Shown here in pieces: positions 12,320-22,757 of a stretch of DNA of 64,000 nt. The DNA comes from Podarcis filfolensis (lineage: Eukaryota). The stretch is from NCBI GenBank assembly GCA_964270895.1, contig OZ185452.1; one strand, written 5' to 3'. Each line of letters begins with the position of its first letter. The stretch's first letter is position 1. The notes beneath the pieces are model-generated. The model worked only from the letters and a program-made list of their open reading frames with translations. It searched no databases and was not told the DNA's origin. A program made the position numbers and the translations under genes.

Positions 12320-13937
12320 AAATCAGAGGGTGTTCTGTATGCAGAAGGGGTTGCGCATCCAGGACGTTAGTGGCCCACAGCTCTTCCTGCTCTTCTCACC
12401 TTCAAGCCAGTAAACATCCTTAGCCAGAATCTTGAAATGAGAAGTGGACTGACCGGATGTGAACTAACACCTGAAAATTTAACCCAGACCCAGGAGAAAT
12501 GCTCTTGACTGGGAAGGCAGCTGATGGCATATAGGATTTTAACCTCTTTTTTGACAGAATGCCCTGGAATAATCAAGACCCAGACTAGGGGGCGGCTGTT
12601 GAATGGGCCTTTGCCTTGAATGTGAACCTGTTTTTAAAAGGGAAATAGCAGGCTTAGCTTGCAGCCAGTAAGGAGGGGGAGCCTCCTTCTATGGAGGGCG
12701 GCTCCCCGTGGAGGGATTCCTCCCAAGGCAAAGTAGCATTAAAGGATTTTATTCAACACCAATGCAGAGAAGAAAAGGGTGAAACACTTCCCTCCCCCCC
12801 TCCCTCCTGCAATCCTGAGAGTAACCAGCAGCAGCAGTGCCTGACGTTTGGAGTTTAAAAAAACAAACAAACGATGTGCATTTAATGCAAAGATGCATTT
12901 AGCATCCCATCAAGTTTGGCCTCCCTGGTCCAGATTTGCTCCTGGGCGCCAAGGAGTGTCTGCAGTCAGGAGCATCTCTGAGTGATTCAGCCCAAACTCT
13001 GGGGCAAATGGCCAAGTGGGGGTCGAGATCTCAGCCTCTCCCATGGACTCACTGCAGGTTCCGCAATCCCTATTTTCCTCCCCACCACCCCCAAATATTC
13101 CCCTCTACCCAGGAGAGCCTTGGAACCTGCAGCCTCTGGTAAAAGCTCCCCTCTGGGTTGGGTCTCTAGGAAAGGGGAGCCAGGACTTTGTATTCACCCT
13201 TTTAGTGCCACCCCCCCACTGTCCCACCTGCCAGCCATCTTTGCTGCCCTCCTCCTACTGCCCCTGCTTTCCTATCACTTTCTAATCGTTCTTCATCTGT
13301 CTAATCTCTGCCTGTTCTTCGTTGAGCTTATCTGGCCTCCATCTGTTTTCCATCGATCTTTTATCCTTTCCATCTGAGATCCACCTCCTGTCCACTCTTC
13401 ATCCATCCATCCACCCTTCTCCCCGCTATTTATCCCTCTTCTGTTTTACCTTTCCTATCTGCCTGCCTGTGTGTGTATGCGCGCGCGCACACACACACAC
13501 AGTGGCAAGGGGGGAGTGGCGGGGGGGGGGGAGAGAATGCCCTAAGCTGCCTTCCTTCTCCTCCTCCTACCCCGCACATCTCCATATCCATCTGCAATGT
13601 TTTTCTCCTTCTCCCCCACCCCCCAATAAGGGAATTAGCGCCAGAAAAAGACAAACCGCCTTGCTTAGTCAAGTGGCAAATGTAATTCAATTGTTACCCA
13701 GGACAGGCAGCAACGGAGATGACACTGACTGTCATAATTATGTTCCACTTTAAAAGCGAACCTGCGGCTCTCCCCGTCTTTGAGAGGCCCCGGCGCCCAA
13801 AAGGCAGATAAAGGCTGCGCAAGGCGCGTAATTGGTTTCTCCTCCGGCACTGACCTGTTCGCCAACGCCGACGGGCTCATATTTTTAGACATGGAGCGGG
13901 ACGGCGGCAGGGGGTGGGGATGGTGGAAGGAATGGTC

Positions 13938-13939
<2 letters not shown>

Positions 13940-13976
<37 letters not shown>
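13940..13976. repeat. (CA)n microsatellite
   Basis: Seen directly. Confidence 0.9.
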
Positions 13977-13980
<4 letters not shown>

Positions 13981-16459
13981 CCTTATTGTAATCTGTCTCT
14001 TAGCGCCAAGAGACAGGACTCTACCACTAGTTTCAGCCTCTTGGAAGAGCATTTTCTGTTTCCGGAGAGGAGTGTTTTTTTGAAGGGTGGAAAGATGTTT
14101 GCATAGAACAGGATTTGGGGTGGGGGGAGATGGTGCTTTAGAGAGGTCCCTCCCTTGCCTTTTTCTTCCCCCACACACTTATCTCAGCTTCCTTTGTAGC
14201 ATCAGAAAACTACTGGCGGTGGGGCACAAACCTTTTATTATTTTTGGTTGAGGGTTGCACTTATCCTTGACCCACCCCCTGGAGACTTCATAAAAGGGTG
14301 GCAACCCTACATTGTCAGACATGCACACACCCAATTGGTGCACATATTGGATGAGTTTTCGGAGCATCAAGGTGTGTCTTCTTAGCAAGTGCTCAGGTAG
14401 GATAAGGGAAGGTTAAAGGTGGTCAGCGGTGCTTTGTGGAGATGCCTCTGGACTGGCGAGGTGTCTCTGGAGTCTAATGGCAGCTGGGGAACAGGATTGA
14501 GTGTGGAAAGGGGGCTCCTTTCCTGCTTGGGGGCTTCCTATAATGGTTGGCCACCGTGAGATTTGAATGCTAGACTCGGGGGCTTTCTCTGGGCTGATCC
14601 AGCTGCAGCCATAGGGCTCTCCTGAGGATTGCAACTGACCGTGTGATCCTGACTGTCACTGAGGACTGCCAAGGGACTGTACTGGACATAGGCCCTTCTA
14701 CCTATAGAAAGCCTGTTGCTGTTTCACTGTGCAGTCTTATGTGTGTCTACTCAGAAGTAAGCCCTATTTGCTAGCTACAGATGTGGTTAGCAACATGAAC
14801 TCTGAACATGCTTTGCAGCTTTCTGGTTTCTTACTGCGCAATTCAAAATCCAGCAGCAGCTTAAAAATAAGTCCTGGGGCTAGTCCCTGTGTTTTACCCT
14901 TGGCTTGTCTCTACTACCCCTGGCATTCAGGCAGGGTTGCAGGTCTGAGGCCAGCTAGCTCGGAGAAAGCTCTGTGGGTGACCTATTTCCATTTGAGGAG
15001 CACATTCTGCATCGGCCTCTGCAAATGCCTCCCTTCCTTTTGATCTCTTGAATACATGATTGTAGCAACGCACTGCCACTCCCGAACTGGCACTGTGCAG
15101 GGGTCTTATCCCTCCTGGTTCAAAGCATTGCAGGACCCCTGGAGACCAGAGAGGTTTTTGTAGGTGCTCTGCAAAGCTCTGGATTTGTGGGGGGGCTAGA
15201 GTGCTTTTCTGGTGCATTCTCTCCCCTGGCAGGTCTGCCCCATGACGCGCCATGGCCCGTTGCATATATCTCTATTACCAGAGCATCCTCAGCAGCCCTG
15301 GGGTGAGTGATGAGGTGTTGATGCAGGCTGACAGGTGGATGGAAGGGCTCCGCCATGAGATTGATCCCGCCCCGTTGCCAGGTAACCAAGAGCGGCAGGC
15401 AGAGTTGTCAGGAGAGATGGAGCGGACTGCAGAGGCTGGCAGAGGCTGAGACCCTGGGATGGCAGACCTCCCCTCTTGTGGCCATCCACATCCCAACAGT
15501 GTGTGTGTGTGTGTGTGTGCGTGTGCGCGCGCGCGCTGGCATGTGTGTGTGAGAGTTTTTCAGCAAACATATCCTTCCAATGCAACTGCATTGGTCCAGT
15601 TATGAATAGGTTCTGAGTCCCACCCCATGGAATCAGTTGCATCTCCCTTTTGAAGAAGGGCTTAATCAGCCTTTTCTCCCTGTTAAGGTCACCTGGCTGC
15701 AGTGTGTGTGTTTTGTTTTGCCAGCCTAGGGCTTCACCTGACGCTTCACCAGTCTGCTTGGATTTATGCAGGACACATTGCAGTGCCCTGCAGCCTGTGG
15801 CACCTGCCCATCAGAGCTGACTTTCAGCACCAGGATGGAAGCCTGGAATGTGGGAGAAGAGAAGCTGCTGTGCCTAAGCATGTGCAGAGGGCATTTGCCT
15901 CCTGCAGTCATTAACTACAGCCTATAATTTGCAAGGCAGGTTCTCTGTTCTTTAACTAGATGTCTTTTGCTCTGGTGGATAGATCTTGAGGTTATGGGGG
16001 CGGGGAACACACTAAAGCCTGCAAGATCTTCCCTTCTCAAGTCCCTGGTGTATATGGGTGGGCGGTGGGGAGCTCCTGGTATTGGCGGCTGGGCTAGCAC
16101 CCCCTGGAAGCAAGCACATTATCACTGGGGTGGGGCAGGTGTCATCCCAATCCCTGTGGTAGCTACAAATAACCACCCACTTCATTTGGGTTGCTGTGAG
16201 TGAAACAGAAAAGCCAATAAATGTCAACTGGGTGACTGAGGTTTCATGGTTGTTTGCTGCCCTGGTCACTCTGAGCGGTGGTGGGGCTTCAGCAGAGAAC
16301 CCCCAAGCAGTGGGCATGAGAGAGAGTCACATGGGGAGAGGTTTGGCAGCTGCATGTGAGCTTTTCACCTGAGCACCTCAAGCCGTCCCCTGCACCCTTC
16401 CCACTGGGTGGGAGTGGGGAGGGCCAGGTTCTCTTCCTGTGGGTTCTCACTCTCAGCTG

Positions 16460-16827
16460 CAGGGCCAGCTTGGAAGTGATGACATTAATTGTGTGAATAA
16501 AATTAACACCTACTTTTTTCCCCTGTGTAAATATCAGCTGGTGGGGAAGGTTGAGCAGCCTCATGGGGTTTTTAACTCTTGTCTTCCCTGCCATGGGCTG
16601 ATGAAAATCCCCTCTCTGAAATGCCAATTTGCATTTCAAGGGAAGGCACTGTTTGGAACAAATGAGGCTTTCCCTTGAAATGCAAATCAAAGCTGTGGAC
16701 CAGGGGGTTTTGTGGGACAGGGGGATAAAGAGTTAAACTCCCTCCCCACCCCTCTATGGTGCTACATAGAAAAAAGTGCATGCTAATTGCATTCACACAA
16801 TTAACATCTTGTCTAGGTTGGCCCCTG
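16460..16827. mobile_element. Palindromic MITE-like element (CAGGG termini) inserted in a MIR-like SINE
   Basis: Subterminal inverted repeats gacattaattgtgtgaataaaattaacacctactttttt / aaaaaagtgcatgctaattgcattcacacaattaacatc; internal 20-bp inverted repeat; no clear TSD; related segment at ~60460-60490. Confidence 0.65.
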
Positions 16828-19800
16828 TAATAGCAGCCCACCTCACAGGATTGTACAGGGTGGAAACCCAAGAAATGCCATTAAAAAGTTCTGCCTTTTC
16901 TCGTTGGAGGGGAGAATTCTTGGTGTGTTCATATTATTAGAATTAATGACCATTAATTCTGACTGTTATCTAACTCTGGAGACAGAGAGTAGCCAGTGGT
17001 CTGCCAAGCTCAGTCTTAGAAGGCTATATCTGAGGGAGGGGGAATCAGACCATGTGCCGAGTGCATTTTCCTTACTGTGTAGGAACTAAAATGTGTCCCA
17101 GATAATCTAGGTTCAGAGTTCCATTTCTCCTGCTTGTGGCTTTCAAGTAGGCATAAACGCTAACTGCTCTTTCTTCGGAAATGACAGAATGTATGTAAAA
17201 ATTTAAAAACAGATCTGGAAGATCCACGACTGGATGCCCAGCTTGGCCATTGACAAGCAGGGAAGATGTCTATCTTCTTCCACACGTAAACTGGGGATGG
17301 TTTTGTAACATCTGTTTTAGCAAACAGTATTTATATCCCACCTTTCCACAGTGAAAATAACACGTTGTGAGTGTTGTGGGTATGGCTGGCAGGGGATGCT
17401 TTTGGGAAGCCTGAAGGGATGCCTCTCTCCCCTCATAAATGACCCTAAAGAAACTGCTGCCAACCCTACTAGAGGCCTTTCTGTGGCTGAGGAGATTTCT
17501 GGATGCAAAAGTTGCCTTGGAGCTAGAAATCTAGCCCCAAGCTGAAAATCCTCCTTATCCCTGGAAGGCATCATGATATCACATTGCTTGTAGTCTTGAG
17601 TCAGAAAAGCAGGAGTTGCATGAATTGGCCTTCAACAAAACTGCAGCTATTTAGTTGTTGGGCTGTTTAACACAGGTTGAGGCCTGCTGGTTGTCACTCC
17701 CATTTCTCTGCTTAGGAAGTGAGGACATTAGACTTGACAAGTTTTCTGACACAGGACAGGCAAGGCAGGCAGGAAATAAAGTTCCCTCGCTGTGCTGAGG
17801 TAGCATCCATTCTCCCCACCCTTGCGCTCCAACTGTTGGGGTGTCAGTACAGGCACAAGTCACTTAGCTGAGGAAAGGCTGTCACAGCATTCACCATCTC
17901 TGGCCTTTCATTGTCACACAGGAGGGCGGAAGAAAACCTTGTCGAGTGAGGGGCCATTTTGTTGCCTTGCTGCTGCCCACAGAAGACGGCAGCCATCTTG
18001 AGACAAGCTAATTGCTCAGAGTCTTATTGCTGTTGGGTTTGGGGTTCCCAAGTGACTAGTCCTGGTAGATAAAAAAACAAAAACCTGCAGGCAGACCTGC
18101 TTCTCTGCTTTTGAGATTCGATAAATACCGCAAGTGAAGCTAAACCTGATGATCAATGCACCTCAAAAACCCCGTTCAGAGCATCAGCTGCAGGGCCTGG
18201 TTTGGAAGTTGGGCAGTCTGAAACCGTTTTCCAGGGTTCTGGGATGCAAAGGGCAGGACTTGCAAGCCATTGGAGGCGGCAGCCATTTTGGTGCCTTGGC
18301 AGCCATCTTGGAGCAGACAAGAGGCCTGCCTTTCTCTCTCTCTCTCTCTCTCTCTGGCCTTGCACGGTCCATTAAGCGCTTGGCTGTGGGGGCCCTCAGG
18401 CCAGCCAGCCGTGGCTGCTCTCTCGCTCTCTCGCATACAGGAGTTATTGTGCCAGCCAGCCGCCAAGGCCCGCGTGCTGCTGCTGCGGCTGCTGCCACCG
18501 CTGCCTCCCTGTATCCTGGGGTCTGGGCTTACTTCTAGCCTCGTAAATCCATTTCTCCTTCGCTTCCTCCTCCTCCCTCCCCCCCCCTTCTCTTTTAATT
18601 TCCAGCCTCTGTGAGTGACATAAATCTCTCCCTTAAGTAACTCCGGCGTGCCAGCAGGCCTCGACAGGGCTTAGCGAGAGCTACAAGGCAGCAGCCACCT
18701 CATGCCAGTAAAGGCATCAAGTCAAGCAGGGGGTGGAGGCAGTCTCTCTTTCTCCCCCTCTGGTCTCAGCCTTCCATGTCGTGCCGTGCCACCCATCTTA
18801 AGACACTGCTTTCTGCCATCGCTTTGTCTCTCCTCTTTCCACTTCCCATAATGTGTGTCTGTGAAACTGGGAGAAGTCAGTCGCGCCTAAATTGTTCCAC
18901 CTAGCTCCCCTGCTTCCTGTCACTTGCCATGCTTGCTTGGATTCTTTGTCGCTCTCCCCAACATTGCCTGATCTGCAGTGGGGTGTGTGAGCCCACCCCC
19001 CAAACAAAGCCATATAGGAGCAAAAAGCTGCAAGGGCCACCCTCACAGCATCTGCTCCAGGGATGCCCCCCTCTGCGTATGTCCACCTCCCCACCTCTGT
19101 TGCCCAGAGGGGGGAGTGTGGGGCTCGTGGGGGCTGCTGCTCCTTTCCCTTCCCCCTCCTCTTTCCCTGCTTGTGTGTCTGAAAGTGGGGGGCAAGTAAG
19201 CAAGCCGAGACTGAAAAGAGGAGAGCAAGGAGGCTCTGGGGGTCTGCAGGGGAGTGGTCCTCTGCAACCCCTGACAGTGGCCACAGGAAAGTGCCTTGGT
19301 GGCAAGCGGAACAGGTGAGGTAGGGTGGCACTGAGGACCCAGCCTCAGAAGATATTTCTTTCTTTCTGACAGAGGTGGAATTGGCTGCTGGAATTCATGT
19401 CCCTGGAAGGCAGCAAGGGTCTGTCGGTTGAACAAAGGGTCGGCAGAGGGCTGGGTGATGGTTATTTTTTTTAGGAGGTGCCAGGAGCTGCAGCAACTTG
19501 TCACCTCAAGTGGCCTGGCCCCTTCAGCAGCTGTGACCTGGCGGAGATGGATTGCTCTGGAATCGTTGCCCATCAGAGAGCGGAAGGTGCTGGCTGGTGA
19601 CCCAAGGCCACCCTTGAAGCTAGCTGCTGTTGCTGCCATCCCTGGGCACCCCTCCTCTTGCCCCAAGGCAAGGGCTCCTTACTCATTTTTTTTTCCTGAA
19701 AGCATTCTGCACTTGGAGCTTTCAAGACCTTGGTCTGGTCTCATCATCATAGAGCTCTGCACTTGTGCGAACCAGCTCAGATTTGGGGGCAGACATCCAG

Positions 19801-22579
19801 GTGCCCCACTCATCAGAGTGAGCAGGAAGGCTCTCCAACACAGCAGGGCTGGCATATACCACATTTTTACTTGGCTAAAGTACACACACGTGACCATCTG
19901 GAGTGTGTGGGTTGTGTGCATATGGCACCTTTAAGGCCAGCTCAGCCTTCAGACAACGGCTTGTCTAAGGAGTCAGTGTAGCATCTTGGAAGTGCCTCAA
20001 TCCTGTCTCATTTCCTCCTTCCACCCCAACATTTCCTGCTTGCATTGGGAAGCCTCTGCAGTTCAGTGGGATGCTCCTGTGTGTCATGACATCGCCAGGA
20101 AATGCAGATTAGGAGCTTTGCTTTGATCTGAAATGAAAGTGGGTGTCTTGCCAGTGGCTCACAGGCCATTTTTAACGACCTGAGCCGCCATTTGCTGCCT
20201 GTGGGTTTTCCGGAACCCAGGAGCCCTGCAGCCAAGGTGGTGTTAGAAGTTGTCGAGCCCCCATCCCGATGAGTCAGCAGTGCCAGCACATGGCTCTCTC
20301 TGTGACAAGGACTGCTACATATTGCTCACCTCTCCAGGTAGGGCTCACCAGCCTTCCCCTCCTTGAACTACAGGGGTTGAGGGTGGGCATTAATAAAACG
20401 CACATGCCCCAGCGCTCTAATAATCTGGGCTTAATGCAATAATTACATGCATGGCTCTAATAAGCAGCGTGAGCACACACAGCCAGCCAGCCAGCCAGCC
20501 GCTCCCACCGCGTGGTATTAATCACTGCTTAGCATAATAAGCCCTTAATAATGTGTGTGTGTGTCCCCCCTCCACTTTTCCCCACCTCCCAGCTGCAAAG
20601 AAATGCACTGTATTTCTGGGATTTTCAGTAAATGGTAGGTGCTGTGCTGATGCTACAAGGTTAGGATGCCCATAATAGAAGAGCATCTTTTATCCTGCTG
20701 GCTGTGGGACTCTGTTCTGTGATACTAAAAAACATGCCACACTCCTGCACTGGCAAAACTGGCCCCATAAAAATATCCTTTCAGATGTTCTGCTAAGATA
20801 TCCTGGGTTGTGAGTAAGAGAGGAAAGGAGCAGGCAAGGGGGACAGGAAGGAGGAGCACATCCCTTTTGGGAGGCCCTCCAAGGCCAGGAGCAGCAAATG
20901 CCCTGCCGCTGCTGCGACTCCTGCCACTGCTGCTGTTGAGCCTTGCCCCATCTGCCTCTAGCGGAGAAGCGGCAGTGCCATCAGGGCCAATTTTGGGTAA
21001 GATTGGGCCAATCTTGGATGAGTTCATCCCCAAAACTGCTGCAACACTGCTCAAAATCAATGTAGATGGCAGCAACACTTTTCTGCTGATGGCAGAGACA
21101 GCAAGGCATCCATCGGTGTGCCATTTCTGCCGCCTGAAGCAGCAGCCTCACCTGCCTCATGGCTTGGCTGGCTCTATTCATGGCACAGTGCAAGGTTGCA
21201 AGGTGCAAGGAGCTGGCTTTTGGAGGAAGGTAGGAGTGTGTTGTCAGAATGTAGAGTGAAAAGTCCAGATTCTATCAGGGATATTTCTTGCTAATTTCTA
21301 TAAAAACAGGGCTGCCATACTTAGGTGATGAATTGGTTAGACTGATTTGTTTTAAAAGGTTTCCCTGATTCATTGGGCAACAGGTTTGAAATGTTTTACA
21401 TTGTTTTTAATACAGCTGCTCTGTGTACACCTACACAGTATTCAGGTGGTTTGTGCCACCTTAGAAGAGAGCTTCCCCCCTGCCCCCACCCCCAGTTGTC
21501 TCCCACAGCCAAGATGCCTCTTCTTACAAAGCCATAACATTTCCCTTAGATTTGGAATGATGTACCCATGTGACGTGTTGGGTGTACTTAATTTGAAACA
21601 AAGCATTCACTCTTTATCTTCAGAATTAATATTCATATAGAGATTTGTGCCTATTTAATTGATTAATGCGGCATTAATTAACATTCCTAAGAATTAATCA
21701 GCTAAGATTTCTTTTAGTTAAAAGAGTGAGGTGCTGGGGTCTGTTTGGAAGCTGTTCCTGGGAATCCAGATTCCCCAAGGCCACATGTGTGGAGGCTGGC
21801 TGACATTCACTAAGTGATGCAAGAAAGGCAGTCTGCACATGCTCTGTGTCACTGTAATGTTTGTATTCTGAATATGAGGCTGGGCTTTGGGAAATAGGTT
21901 TTGTGTAGAAATGATTGGACATTAAGCACCATCTGGGCTCTGTGGCAGGAAACTGGAAACATCTAAGAATTTCTGGTGTAGACAGCCGCAAGTTAAGGTG
22001 GGGACAGGGATGGGGAAATGGGTGGTGTGAATTCCCCTGCCTGGCCAAGGGAAAGAACCTCTGCCAGTACTCAGTTGCTCCACTGGGAGCCGGTTGTTAC
22101 TTAGGGTGACAGCCAGCTTGAATTGTGACCGTGTGTGCTCTGGGCGCCCATAACTCATCTCGAGCTCTTTATAACCACATAAGCACCCTTGCTCAGAAGG
22201 AACAGCCCACGATGAGTTATGGACTGATGAAAAAATGCTCCCAAAGAGGAAGCTCGTGCATATTATGCATAGGCAGGAGGGATGCATACAGCTGGACCAA
22301 AGTGGACCCCAGTTCCAAGGTTTCCGCTGAATGGCTTTTCTCTGAACAGGCCACTGAGCTTGTCTTGCATACAAAGTGTGTGCTTTCTTCGGCTCTCGCA
22401 TTGCCAGGTTATTAAACTAGACTCTGAGAGGCGGGGGCATGTGGGGGACAAGTGCTATTGAGATAATAGGGAAGGGATTTGGGCTGCAATCCAAAGCAAA
22501 GCCCATCAAAGTCAATGGGGCTGTACTTCTCTGTAGCCAGGCAAAGGACGGCACCTTTGGTACCTGAAACTGGAGAATG

Positions 22580-22757
22580 CGGTGGTAGAGTTTCTGTTTT
22601 GCATGAAGAAGGTCCCAGGCTTGATCCGTGTTGGCATCTGCAGGTAGGGTTGGTAATTGTCCTCTGCCTGAAACTCTGGAGAGCCAGTGTCCACCAGGGC
22701 AGGCAGTACTGATCTAGAGGGATCAAATGTCTGGCTCAAGGCAGCTTCCTGCATTCC
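22580..22757 (+). mobile_element. tRNA-derived squamate SINE (gcatgcagaaggtcccaggttc...ggcagcttcct family)
   Basis: Degenerate tRNA-like head followed by ctgcctgaaactctggagagcc...aaggcagcttcct; several related copies in the window. Confidence 0.65.

Noticed and set aside
12582-12595. CTCF-like motifs (also 2886-2903 and 37198-37211)
   Set aside because: Only the 3' core matches; such partial matches are frequent in GC-rich DNA and cannot be judged without ChIP data.
15823-15843. REST/RE1 site (TTCAGCACC)
   Set aside because: The right half GGACAG is missing or mis-spaced; a lone right half at ~62965 likewise lacks a left half.
20810-21259. Beta-neurexin-2 first exon
   Set aside because: No in-frame ATG, no His-rich HHVHHFH/PIAINR motif, and it lies downstream of where the first shared exon must be.
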